Shown in pieces: positions 12,426 through 24,069 of a DNA stretch of 35,963 nt. A program made the position numbers and the translations under genes. The stretch covers positions 1 through 35,963 of the forward strand of contig JAKMXF010000046.1 in assembly GCA_024704765.1 (NCBI GenBank), written 5' to 3'. The notes beneath the pieces were generated by a model. It had not been told where the DNA came from. It was given only the letters and a program-made list of their open reading frames with translations, and searched no databases. Each line of letters begins with the position of its first letter. Positions within the stretch are counted from its first letter, which is position 1. The stretch is from Oopsacas minuta. Taxonomy: Eukaryota; Animalia; Porifera.

Positions 12426-15400
12426 TCATATGAATGGCATCCATAGGCCAAACATCCTCATTAGACTATATAGATCCGTAGCTTTTTGAATAGTAAATTC
12501 AACTTGGCTTTCTACAGAGAGTATACTACGTTCGTCCTCACAGTATCCCTTCAGCCGAAGATGCACACCCTTTATCTTCTTTTCTCTCTTAGCAATAATG
12601 GTGGCTTGAAGATTATTCCTGCTGGATTGAGGTACATTAGGGCCTACTACTCTTACATCGTTTACTGAGAAATTCATATTTTGGAGAATCGGGAATAAAG
12701 TTTGATACCCATTGCGGAAGCAACGCAAAACATTCTCACAAGTCCTACGGAAACACCCTTCATGCTGCAATACACCCATACCATCGAGTATATTTTGAGT
12801 CAACCTATAGGGCACCGACTCCGGGATAGGAAGAGACTCCGCTTCACGAAACAAATACCCAAAATCTACATGCATTACGTTTCCTGTTTGTGTAGAAATG
12901 AGCATATTCTCCAGATGTCGATCTCCCAAACCCATGATGTAACCAGCCATAGACATAACAGCAATTGAGCGTGTGTATTCCTGTCTAGCTAAATACCAGT
13001 CAGTAGCGATTGGAAATGTATTGTAGAACCATTTGTGAAACACTGGGGGTGTACACATTTCTAACAGTTTAGTATTGGAGGCGCTCAAGTTATCCAAATT
13101 TTTATAATCTATTCTACACCTAGTATCAATATCTTCTTTCAAGACAGGTTGGTCAGCATGTTTATAAAGTTCAATAATGAGTTTCTTCATTTCGGCTCTG
13201 TTTTGAACAAATTCAATAAGCCCACATTGTTCACTAAGAATAACAACCGCGTAAGTACGTATAAAAGTAAGTCCCTCATTGCATCGAGGGTCTTTCTTCA
13301 TCAGGAGATTCATATGCATAAATATTTCCATTGACCTCTGATCCTTGCGTATATCATCTTCTTGCTTGTAAATATGCTCATAAATATTACCATTAGATGC
13401 TTGTACACGAATTTTTTTAGGAACTCTCAAGGTAAGGAAACAAAAACAGTAGTCTGTGAAGTGTGAGATAGTTGGTAGGTTGTCAATAGAAGAGTTCAAT
13501 GAATTAATGGGGAATTGGAAACAATGCTCAATTGGCACTACAATTTTAGGAAACTCAGGACTATTGGGAAAGTGATATAACTCTCGGTTCCAATGAATAA
13601 GTTTGGTATAATGTGATGATAATTTGACTCTAGACTCATCTTTCCCAGGAAATTGAAAAAACAATTTTGTCAGTTTTTTGGTTCTTTCATATAATTCCAA
13701 TAAATAGTGGCGTTTTTCTGTTGTAATATTCTCAATTCCATCACTTTTGAAAATACTTTCAATCCTGTTTATGCAGAGTTGATTGGTAGAATTACTGAAA
13801 CTTATCATGAGCCAGATACAAATAGTAGGATAGTGACTATAAACGTAATGAATGATTTTCGCCAATACATAAAATGTATTTCCATCAGTTCCTGGTAAAT
13901 GCGAGAGCAGAACTGAAAAAGCACAATAGAAGTGATAGGGTTGTAATTGGTAACAATAATCCATTACGCTTGAATTCAACTTCTTAAAGAAACTTTCTAT
14001 TTGTGAACAATTTTGAATAGAATACAAAGTATTTGCAGTCATAAGCCATAAAGATATAGCTTTAGGCATCGTAGTAATCATATATTTCGTATTCTGCCTT
14101 ACGAGTTTGAAGTAATTAAGGATGGCTTGTTGAGTAGCCGTGAATTTTAACGTATTTTCAGGTTCTTCTGTTACAGAATATTCCGAGTAAACCTCTGTGG
14201 CTAGTTCGAACTGAAATTCTGCAAGTGTGAATAAAGCTTTGTCAAGATGAGGAGAATCGTTGACAAACTGTTCCAAATTATCTAAGATAGAGGAAACATC
14301 GCGAAAAGTTTGATCTAATAGACATCTGAATTTAAGTAACTTTACTTTTCTTATCAAACTATCCCAATAATCTTGAACTTCTGGTGACACGTCAGTAACC
14401 GCGTTCGCTATACTTAGTATTTTCTCTAAATGCTGCACTGCTGCAGAGGAGAATAATTTGAACAAAGCACCACTGCCAAACTTTGAAATGTATTTAGCTT
14501 TTTCTAAGTTAGAGAGTAACCAGAGAGGATCATTTTGTTGGAAATGCTCCAATTTAGATAAGGCGGTGTCTGCTGGCTGACTGATTCCACACCTCCGAGA
14601 AAGTTTAGCAATTTCCAAATCGAAGGAGAAAGTTTTTTCAACAAGAGGCGACATACTCAAGATGGCTTTTCGGAGAGAGAGAATAGGTTCTCTGATTTTA
14701 AATGAGTTTCTTGTGCATAGTATTGATCTGTCCCAACGGCAGAGTAACTCTTGTTGAGAATCAGTAATAGATTCCTGCCCAGAAAATAACAACAACCTCG
14801 CTCCTTCTTCCAACTCCTTCAACATACAGAGTCTAACTAACTCCTGATAACATTCATCATTAGAAACACATTTAAATGAATGGGTTGAAAGGATAGAAGA
14901 TCGTTGTTTACGCATTCCTTCTAGCTGTTCAAAAAACTCTATCTCTTCACGTCTTTGTGCACAGTTCAGCAACACTCCTAAACCTATTCTCCAATTTGTT
15001 TGACTGTTAGAATATAATACCTCATCCAGCCCCAACAACTCACCGCCTCGTCGTCTCACAAACTTGTCTAATTCTTCCCATTGTGACAATTTCCAACAGG
15101 CTTCCAATTGTAGAGGCAATAATTCCTCTTTCATTTCTAAACCCTCACACATAAATTGGTTCAGTTGTAACTTTGCATCATAAATAAACCCAAAATCAAG
15201 CTGAGTCTCAATCAGACCTATTTGAAAGGCTAATTGATCAGGTTGTCGCTGTATTCCGCTTTTATACAAAGAAAGCACACCAGATATATTCTTTTCATAA
15301 AGTTGTTCTAAGATAGACTCTTCAAGAGAGGGTAGCTCTGGGCGGTATTCCTTCAAACCTACTATTGACTCTCTATCCTCAAGAAGTCGGTAGAGATCGC

Positions 15401-17075
15401 CTAGTTTTATGCGTATATCCGGGTTACCTTCAAGATTCAGGTTTTCCTTCAGGATATGCTGCTCAAGATAGCGTAAAGCTAATGGAAATATATTACAGTA
15501 CTTAGATAGATTAACTAACTGAAGAAAGGACACCTTAGAAGAGAGGTAGTCGAGCATTTTAAAATTTTCACGAGATAATTTACCTCTTTGGTTTTCCTTT
15601 AGCTGAGATAAAAAGTTAAAAACATTCAAAATAGTCTCAATTATTAATTTTAAGTGAGTAGTTTCTGCCGGCTTAAGGCTAGGCTGTACAAGTTCAGATT
15701 CAGCAATATTCAAAACAAATTCGAATTCTTTAAAGACAACTTCTAAAATACAATTTCGCCTATTACTTTCAAAGAGGTCGTCCAACATTATATGTACGAT
15801 CATATGTGGTAGTAACATAAACCCAATGTTTGGATTAATCTGTGCGATCAAGCGAGAACAAGCTTGGAAAAGTAACTTAGCAGAAGGATGAAGGACAAAA
15901 CTTGACAATCGCTTACAAAACCGTGAAAGCCAATGATTATACGTCTTGGTTATCTCAGATCTATAAATAGGACTCAGAAAACGAATATCAAGATTCTCTA
16001 ATTCTTCATCATGGACAGAAGGATTGTCATGTAAAATGTATCTAGAATCAAGATAGGGCTGTATAACGTGCCAAACATGCTTGTCTATATTGTTCTCTAC
16101 CACCCGTCTTATATCATTCTTAGTGTCTGGTATCTTATAGGCAGTCAGTACTTGCTGTATAGAGAGAGACACGAAGTCCTGATCATCACTGTGGATCGTG
16201 TTAGTGGCTAAGTATGTGGTTAGTTCGGTCAGTATCTGGATAGCACAAACAGCGTTACTAGTTATGTTCGTACAGATAAGTATAGAGGATGATTCTTGTC
16301 TCCGTCTCTCTATCGACAGACGAGAAGGGTCTACTGCTCCTAGTGCACCAATACATTTGGTTAGCTGAATATTCATCTGGTCCTGTTTCAATCCGAAAGA
16401 ACGGGTGAGAGTCTGTATTAGACTAGAAATGGTACGATCAACGAACGGGCCTGACATGATGAGCTGAGATATATCAAAGATGTTAGATTCTATAAGAGGG
16501 AGGAGAGCTTCTAACGCAAACTTACGTACACTCAGCGCCTCGTGAGATAACCCCTTGTGAGCATGCTCAAGACGCACTGTTAATGAAATTTCATTAACTT
16601 TATCCAGAAAAGGTGCTAGTTTAGCCCTCAATTCATCAAAGTGCTGATCAGCTGGTAAAGAAGCCGTGTAGACATAACTAGACGAAGAGCATAGTACACA
16701 CTCATCTTTGAATAATAACTCTGTGTATAATGGAATCAGAAGGTGGCCTACATTCTCATGACACATGAAGTTATACAGTGTCACAATTATGTGAATCCAG
16801 ATTGGGTCTGATCGGGATAAACTCAAATTAGAAGTAAAGGTTTCCCAAGCAGTGAATGAGGCTTTGACTATGCTCACTTCTCTATGCTGTAAAAAGGTAG
16901 TTAAACTAGCCATTAACTTGTGTGGAGCTGTACTAATGCATTTTGGATCAAGAAGTGGAATCAATTCATTGAGGCTTTTCACAAAAACTAGCTGTTGTTC
17001 ATTAGATGAGCAGTTGTTAAGATCTTCCAAACACTTCAACATACTGAGGAATCTTGTGTTGATCAAATCTTCAAT
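12426..17075 (-). CDS. ATR: Serine/threonine kinase ATR, exon 2: UME, FAT, PIKK kinase and FATC domains
   Basis: KQEDDIRKDQRSME, IRTYAVV, YTRSIAVMSMAGYIMGLGDRHLEN, VMHVDFG, PESVPYRLTQN and FATC LSVESQVEFTIQKAT...WMPFI. The UME-like KSLNELIPLL...KLMASL segment points to ATR among PIKKs. Acceptor TTTCTTATCTAG ends at 17076, phase 0; stop TGA. Confidence 0.93.
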   Translation of the reverse strand: MEDLINTRFLSMLKCLEDLNNCSSNEQQLVFVKSLNELIPLLDPKCISTAPHKLMASLTTFLQHREVSIVKASFTAWETFTSNLSLSRSDPIWIHIIVTLYNFMCHENVGHLLIPLYTELLFKDECVLCSSSSYVYTASLPADQHFDELRAKLAPFLDKVNEISLTVRLEHAHKGLSHEALSVRKFALEALLPLIESNIFDISQLIMSGPFVDRTISSLIQTLTRSFGLKQDQMNIQLTKCIGALGAVDPSRLSIERRRQESSSILICTNITSNAVCAIQILTELTTYLATNTIHSDDQDFVSLSIQQVLTAYKIPDTKNDIRRVVENNIDKHVWHVIQPYLDSRYILHDNPSVHDEELENLDIRFLSPIYRSEITKTYNHWLSRFCKRLSSFVLHPSAKLLFQACSRLIAQINPNIGFMLLPHMIVHIMLDDLFESNRRNCILEVVFKEFEFVLNIAESELVQPSLKPAETTHLKLIIETILNVFNFLSQLKENQRGKLSRENFKMLDYLSSKVSFLQLVNLSKYCNIFPLALRYLEQHILKENLNLEGNPDIRIKLGDLYRLLEDRESIVGLKEYRPELPSLEESILEQLYEKNISGVLSLYKSGIQRQPDQLAFQIGLIETQLDFGFIYDAKLQLNQFMCEGLEMKEELLPLQLEACWKLSQWEELDKFVRRRGGELLGLDEVLYSNSQTNWRIGLGVLLNCAQRREEIEFFEQLEGMRKQRSSILSTHSFKCVSNDECYQELVRLCMLKELEEGARLLLFSGQESITDSQQELLCRWDRSILCTRNSFKIREPILSLRKAILSMSPLVEKTFSFDLEIAKLSRRCGISQPADTALSKLEHFQQNDPLWLLSNLEKAKYISKFGSGALFKLFSSAAVQHLEKILSIANAVTDVSPEVQDYWDSLIRKVKLLKFRCLLDQTFRDVSSILDNLEQFVNDSPHLDKALFTLAEFQFELATEVYSEYSVTEEPENTLKFTATQQAILNYFKLVRQNTKYMITTMPKAISLWLMTANTLYSIQNCSQIESFFKKLNSSVMDYCYQLQPYHFYCAFSVLLSHLPGTDGNTFYVLAKIIHYVYSHYPTICIWLMISFSNSTNQLCINRIESIFKSDGIENITTEKRHYLLELYERTKKLTKLFFQFPGKDESRVKLSSHYTKLIHWNRELYHFPNSPEFPKIVVPIEHCFQFPINSLNSSIDNLPTISHFTDYCFCFLTLRVPKKIRVQASNGNIYEHIYKQEDDIRKDQRSMEIFMHMNLLMKKDPRCNEGLTFIRTYAVVILSEQCGLIEFVQNRAEMKKLIIELYKHADQPVLKEDIDTRCRIDYKNLDNLSASNTKLLEMCTPPVFHKWFYNTFPIATDWYLARQEYTRSIAVMSMAGYIMGLGDRHLENMLISTQTGNVMHVDFGYLFREAESLPIPESVPYRLTQNILDGMGVLQHEGCFRRTCENVLRCFRNGYQTLFPILQNMNFSVNDVRVVGPNVPQSSRNNLQATIIAKREKKIKGVHLRLKGYCEDERSILSVESQVEFTIQKATDLYSLMRMFGLWMPFI

Positions 17076-17238
17076 CTAGATAAGAAATTAGTAATTATTA
17101 TAAATTAGTGATGAACTCGAATACGTATCTAAGTATTCCATTTCTATAGCTTGGAAATTAAGTGATATAAATATACGTATATGTGAAACTACGTGTACAA
17201 CTAAAGAACACAATTTAGATAGACATTATCAACTACAT

Positions 17239-17323
17239 CAGGGTTTCAAAATCATATGGCTATACCTGGCCACACTCTGGTCATACAATGTGGCCATATC
17301 GCATAAGAGTTTGAGAAACCCTT
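17239..17323. mobile_element. hAT-type MITE, 85 bp, in the ATR intron
   Basis: AACTACAT|CAGGGTTTCAAAA...TTTGAGAAACCCTT|AACTGCAT: 7/8 TSD match and imperfect TIRs. Confidence 0.7.
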
Positions 17324-18504
17324 AACTGCATAGTCCAGTAGACCAGTGTCCTGCAACCCCCATGTACCTGCCGGCAGTCTGAATTTTGCGGCCTGGAAAA
17401 ATACTTCAATGGCAAATGCATATTTTAATAGATTTCCTTGTAGGCTTCAGATTATGAACGTTTAATGCAATAGTTATACAAGAATGTCATTGGGGGAATT
17501 CAAGATACGTATAAAATATAATACTATATTTCGTAAAGCTAGAAGTTGTTTTGCCCACTTACTAAAGTATGGTAATCAGATACTCTAATTAAACAATACT
17601 CTTTCAAGATCATATAGCCAATCCAATATCCACCAATTAAACAAGAGCGGAGCTAGAATAAGTATATTGGTGTTGCAAGAATGGGACATCCCACTTGTTA
17701 AAATGCTAGTGATATTATATTTTACAAAGCGAGCGTAGCGAGCGAGCGAAAAGTGTTAATCAGATCAATAAATCATTATTATTAACATGCCGTATGAGAC
17801 TCGTAGGGGAGACTGAGCTGCCTATAGCCAAACTAAAATGATTCTGTTATATTGGCTGCCAGGAAAAGATCACTTCCAGGAGATTCTGATTTACCGGCCA
17901 GTTTCAGCTAAAAGTGGGCCCGCAAGGTACGCCCCTGATGAAGAGTTGTACGCGGGCCGAAAACTATGTTGCGGGCCAGCCGGGAAATACTCCCATCATT
18001 ATCCGCATTGAGATGCGTTTGATTCAAGTCTGAATAGCTATAATTTTAGTAACATTCTAAATAGTAAACTCGCGTTAGAACCAAGTCGAGTAAACCGTTA
18101 TGATAGTGTGATTCTTTAAACCATATAGCTTGAAAGCAATTGATTTACTCCGAGTATAAAGAAATTCTGCACATAACGAAATGAATAGGGGTTCCTAAGT
18201 CTTAGTATAATAGCCTGATACCGTCGTACTGTACGTGAAAATACGGTGCGGAGATTTTCCGTACTGTATCGTACAATTACACTACGCGGTACTAATACTA
18301 AGATATAACGAGAGTTTAGTGTAATATTTGTAAGTTGGATCTAGACTTTTCGAGAGTTTGCTGTACTTCTATATGATATTTTGAATTGTCACAAATGCTG
18401 CCTGTATGAAACCACAAGAAAGTAGAGGAGTGTGCAAAATAGGCTGAAGTATATTACCCGAGTACCTGTAACATTAAATATTATGTAATACTGTAGTTAT
18501 ATAC

Positions 18505-21500
18505 CTTAGCTTGCTGTCCTTGATATGGTTTTGGATAAGCAATAGAGTAGTACAGATTCACTCCACCATTTACTGCAGCAGCATCTTGACTGTAGTTGAG
18601 GGCTAACTTAGAAAACAATTCATTTTCTACGATCTTAATTGCTCCAGGAAGATCATCACAATTGTTTTTCAGAAAAACAATCCTGCTGTTCACCTTTTCT
18701 GCATTTTGAGAATTTATTATCAAATCTGAGTATAAGTTACTGAGGTTATACTGGAGAAGATCAGAAACTGATCTTTGGGTGTGTTTCGCTATAAACTTGA
18801 AAACTTGCAGCTTCTTATCATCACTCAGATTTAACATAAAACTCAGCTGTACAAGACGAGATAGCATGTGTTCCAGCAGATTTTTGATGTTACCCAAATC
18901 AAGCGCCGCAGTAAGATGATTAAGATGGTCAGCTAGTTGTTCATGGCCTTGCTCCTGCTTGAACACTTGCCGTGCTATGAAATCTGGTACAGCAGCGAAA
19001 GCACAGTCACGCAACTTCTGTTCCATACTAGTTACTAGTACATCTCCGTGGCCTTTTAACATGATTCTGACCTTATGACATACTTCATCGTGGACATCTT
19101 TCATGAATACGAATTGTAAGATAAATCTGAACGTAGCAATAGCTTCATGCAATCGACCTAGCTGATTCAGTCCAAATACTAAATCACTACTGAATTGTAT
19201 AGGCAGTAGTTTATCATGTGAATTCGCTGTGTCGTAGATAATATTCTTGCTAGTCTCCAACAGCAGAGCTAATGATGGGTGATCCAACAAACTCCATTGT
19301 CTGTTCATGAATTCATCAGCATAAGCTTTTACTTTAATTAAGTGCTGTTGTAGAGGTTTTGTTAGTAAGAACGCTAGTGCGTGAGAGGATGACCTGAGGA
19401 TATGATTAAGGAGGGTAGGGATAAAAGGATGTTTAGTGGGTAAAATGAATGATATCTCAAAGAGTGATGTGATTACAACAGCCTGAATAGGGAGAGACAA
19501 CTTCCTGGAAACGAAGAACGACTGAACTATTTTGAGGAAATCCTCAGCTTGTTGAATAAAGTAACCCAAAGAGCGTTGATCTACAGCTAGAATTTGTACA
19601 GTGTATATGCTAGAGAAGAGCGGCAGAGAGTGGTAGGAAGTAAGCGTACAGGTCTTCACTGTAGTGAGGGATGGGTAAGCGAGCAGAGTTGTGATAATCG
19701 GTATGCTGGCTGCCAATTCAAGGGAGAATTCTATCCACTCATCAGCTGTGTCACAATTGGGGATAAGTTCAGAGTATCCATCTCCTATTTTATCAGCAAG
19801 ATGGTCAGGCAGACATTTCAATAGGATAGGTAGTGATGACGTCAAAGCTAGCATGAGGCGAGGAGAAAGAGATGTCATAGAAGGAAATAGTTTCTGAAAT
19901 ATGATATAGAGTTCTTTAGGTCTACTCTCCATGGCAGCTAGCACCGTCATAACACGTGTTATACCAATAATAATATCCTCACTCAAGTCTGTGTGAGGAG
20001 ATTTAGCTAGCGTTTCTATACACAAGAATAGACTAGTGATGTAGTCTGGATCAGGTGGTGTTTGGAACAACTTAGATGAGTAAATACAGATTATGGAAGC
20101 ATAGCATTCACTGGTGTGTAATAAAAGAATGCTAGCACCTTTAACAGCTGGGAGAGATTCGTAGTCAGAACAAAATCGATCTGAGAACCCCAATAAGGTA
20201 TCTGCTATCATAGAACAGAATTCTGCAACATCGCTCTTACTGTTTAACTCATCAGTTTTGTAGTTTGAGAGTTTCTCTGATAAAGAGCAGAATCTGGGAG
20301 TGAATGAGCTGGTCACGAGACGGAGAGTAGTGTCTAGCAACATGCCTAACACAGTCATATCAAGATTGAGCTTATCTACAGATCCATACCCGCCTGATGA
20401 ATACTCATGGATATTTGGCATATGTGCTGAAGCTAGGGTGTAGAGGATGGCGTATGGATTATGAGGGTACCCTACATAGAGAGATCTCAAGTGGGTGTAC
20501 GAGAAGAGGGAAGGAGCGAGTACAATAGGGAGTAGTGAAGCATGGCAGAGACTGGAAGATCTGTGCCATGTGTCAATGAGAGAAATGTTGGGGAGAGAGG
20601 AAGAGGGAGAAATAAGTAGACAATCATGTAAGAGTTGTGATACAACAAAAGCAATAGAAGAAGGCAGGCTAAGTGTGCTAGGAGAGAATAAACTAATTGA
20701 TAACTGTGTTGCTAGTGTGCGAATAAAGTTATCTTCGTGACTATTCAGTTCACTAATTGCTATTTTAAATACCTCCATTGCTCGGCAAACCTTATCTACA
20801 AATAGATGGAAAACAGAATCCTGAGAATGAGCATGATAAAGCTTATGGAAAGCTTCTCCTGTCAGCATTGATAAGAAAGACTTCAATTCATCTAATAGAG
20901 TAGTGTCAAGGGGAGGATTAACTGGATAGAATTCACTAAGACAAATAGCTGTACCTAGACTTACAAGCTCTGTACTGATACGTATATCATTCCTGCCTAA
21001 CTCATTCCATAGCTGATAGACAGATACCATGTTGTAGAGTTTAGGACTTCTGTGTTTAAAGTGTCGGATCAGTTTGTGAAGAGAGGTTATTATACGTAGT
21101 GAATGTATAAATAGAGCAATTACCTGTTCATTTGATTCTGCCAACAATGGTACATATTTCGAGAAAGGTAAGAGATTAGAACACTTAGAATAGTCGTATT
21201 GGAAGTGAACGAACTCGAGAGGGTAATAGAACACATCCCCGTGCTCATTAATTGTTAGAATAGCTTCTGAAAGATCGACGAAAAGACGAAGAAATCGATC
21301 ACAGGGTCGAACCAATTCAAAGTCTTGAGTGATAGATATATCAACTAGAAGATATATCAATTTATATACTCCATCACATAGCTGTTGATTCTCTACATCA
21401 GTTATTCTAAGCATATGGAGTATATTCTCTAGATAGCTTAACATCAGGTGTTCATGAACTTCACAAGTTAGATATCTTGAGAAAAATATACCATCGTTGC

Positions 21501-21624
21501 TCAGCAGGTGGTTATACGCTTGTGATATTTTAGGAGTATCTTGGTTTGCAAAAGTTTTGAAGAGAAGGTATGTAAAATGTTGTATTAGTTTCAGTTTCTG
21601 GGTTGCGTCTGCATTTTGTGTCAT
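18505..21624 (-). CDS. ATR: ATR exon 1 (divergent N-terminal helical/HEAT region, 1040 aa)
   Basis: ATG at 21624; donor AAG|GTATAT at 18504 in phase 0 joins exon 2 in frame. The total of 2589 aa is ATR-sized. The sequence itself is too diverged to recognise. Confidence 0.82.
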
Positions 21625-22865
21625 TATACAAATGAATAAATAATGCTAATTGAAATAAAATTTGGGAAATATTGATAAATGTATAGCCTTCTACTATACA
21701 TAAGGCTTTACGTGTCGCTCCAAGTATTAGTATGTAGTTTGTATATTTCTGAAACGGCTCGTTTTTACTCGAATAAAAATATAATGTATGACATATCAGT
21801 ATACCCTCTATTATCTGAACACCTTTGTCATACACTTTCAAAATGGTAGGTTAAGTGAAATAGTTAATTTTCCTATTTATGAAATTCACATCTCAGGGAT
21901 AAATGAAAATGAAGATTTGCAATTTGCAAGGTCGCAACCGAATAGTTGAATATTTGGTAAATAGTAGTTGATATTCGGTTTGAAACCGAACAATTTGAGT
22001 AATCAAACAATTAGCTTCCTTTATGATAGAAATATATCTACAGCCACAACTTTTCACGTGAGGTGAACTGAACTCAAACAAATGTAATATGTAATGTCAT
22101 TTTATATTGGATTATAGAAACGGTTTTAGATCAAAGATCAATTATTATCGCTCTACAGGCATCAAAGATAGATTAATTTAGAAGAATGAATTTCGCTAAA
22201 TTATTGCTTAATAACCAAATAAATTGGCACATTTCGAAAAAATTTCTTTTCTGGGATGACGTCATGTATTCCTACCATTATGTAGTATATTCATTCGGCT
22301 TGAAGTGAAAATAATAAATTATCGATATTTTAACAATACAACCATATATAGAAAGGTGTGGATACCGCCTAACTTACATTCGATTAATATTTCCCCAATA
22401 AACTATATGACCGTTGGACTAAAACATGACTTCCTATAAGACAATAAATTAATACATTTCATAGTTCTAGCATTATAGGATTGCGAGTTATCATAAGTAC
22501 ACAATACAGTTTCAGGTCTACGCGAATTTTACAATACAACGAAGTGGAAAGGCCGTAAGGTCGTAATATTACCCTTTTTACTAAGATAAGTGAAAAATAC
22601 GAAAAATTTTCTAAATTAGACTGGATGCCTCCTTTCGCCTATTCAGCCTATACTACGAATCTCCAAAACGCGATCTTAAGAAAAATCGATAATAAGAGAA
22701 TGTTCTAAATCTAAGGTATCACATGGAATGGGAAAATATCTAATCGCAAACTTTCCTAGTAAATTAGAAGTTATGAGCTGGAGAGATTTCACTCATTCAA
22801 AGGTCACTGCATTCTCTATCAACATTTCTTTAAGGAATTTAACCAGGTTAACTTTTCAGGAAATA

Positions 22866-23556
22866 TCATAAATAAATATTCAAATAATTAATCATTTTCT
22901 CAAACTCAGCAACAACTTTTTCAAAATCCAACACCTTGATGATATCATTGAGAAAAGTACCTGGCATTAAGAAGTTCAGTAAATTAACTATCTCTTACCA
23001 TTGAGGAAGTATTATGAATTCATTCTTCAAAAGAATTTCATCCCATAATCTGCCTAGCAACGTATTCTAGGTTGATACAGTACAATCCATGAATAACATC
23101 GATTTATTTTTGTATCAGAGGAGTACGAACAAGTACAGGATACATCACAGACACATTAACAGTAATTATATCCAGCTCTCCAGTCAGTGAAATAAAATAA
23201 TTAGATAGAGTAGCTTTACTAGCCAGCATACTCACATACGTGTGAAGTCCTCTCAATGCTGTCATAGAAGAAATGCACATTTATTATATGTCCGTAGCCC
23301 TGTTCTAACATTCTATTAAAGGTTCTGAAATCTTATCCGAAAGAGTAAAATATGGTTATATGTGAGTGATCTGTGGAAGTAAATTGAAGTTATCAGAAAT
23401 ATTTAAAACCAAGCACAAATCTATACCTACTACATCCCTAAATTTACCTCTATTTTACATGTTAACCAGATAGCTATAATCCACACTAATGCGAACAGAC
23501 GCTGTATACCTGTCAAGCTACTCCATCTTCCTACATCTTCCTACATCTCCCTACAT
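22866..23556 (-). pseudogene. Unprocessed pseudogene of a short-chain dehydrogenase/reductase (SDR16C/RDH10/HSD17B11-like)
   Basis: Manual translation across frameshifts: DVGR...YLVNM*NRGKFRDVV | 56-nt GT-AG intron 23426..23371 | ...RMLEQGYGHII/CISSMTALRG...MLASKATLSNYF...ELD...VNVSVMYPVLVRTPLIQK*...LEYVARQIM/EILLKNEFIILPQW*...LMP. Motif order matches classical SDRs, with several stops and frameshifts. Confidence 0.8.
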
Positions 23557-23716
23557 CTATAATAGCTGCACTAATAAATAGAATATCAAAATATATTTTG
23601 TATTAACAGATATGAATATAACAATAAATTAATTAGAATAATTATGCATTTAATCAATAGAAGTGAATATTATAATAATCAATAGAGAGTACTTGCTGTA
23701 GAAGTGAATGTGTGCT

Positions 23717-24069
23717 CTAAATAAGCTCAGGGGTGCGCATAACATTTACAGGGGTAGGACTAGGAGCTCGGGTATCTTCAGGATAGTATTGTTGTTCTGC
23801 AAGGTGTGGTATATCATGTAGAATATTTTTGAAGAAATTCACTGAATAGATTATCTGCAATAGTGTTCCAACGAATATGAACATTGAGACAAGTGCTTGA
23901 AAGAGTCCAATAACAAATACTGCAAACAGTTTAGATTCTACATCTATCAGAGCAGAGAAGATACAGTTGAGACCCGAGGAACCGTCGAAACAAGCTTGAT
24001 AGATAAATTCATGCATCCGAGGCATACAGCCTATTGTATAGGCATTAATAGGATTGCAAACTGTTACAG
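23717..24069 (-). CDS. Tetraspanin exon 3: end of EC2 with YTIGC, TM4 and cytoplasmic tail
   Basis: Acceptor TTCTCTTCCTCAG ends at 24070, phase 1, giving SVTVCNPINAYTIGCMPRM...; TM4 LFAVFVIGLFQALVSMFIFVGTLLQIIY; stop TAG. Confidence 0.85.

Noticed and set aside
2864-20740. Many 60-100 aa plus-strand ORFs opposite AP2A and ATR
   Set aside because: These are antisense shadows of real coding sequence with no recognisable motifs.
18481-21624. The 1047-aa ORF as a separate novel gene
   Set aside because: Phase-matched GT/AG sites join it to the kinase ORF and give an ATR-sized protein.
24026-24032. Alternative acceptor AATAG giving an unusual CCPSCC motif in the tetraspanin
   Set aside because: The upstream acceptor at 24070 has a much better pyrimidine tract and restores the canonical YTIGC motif in frame.
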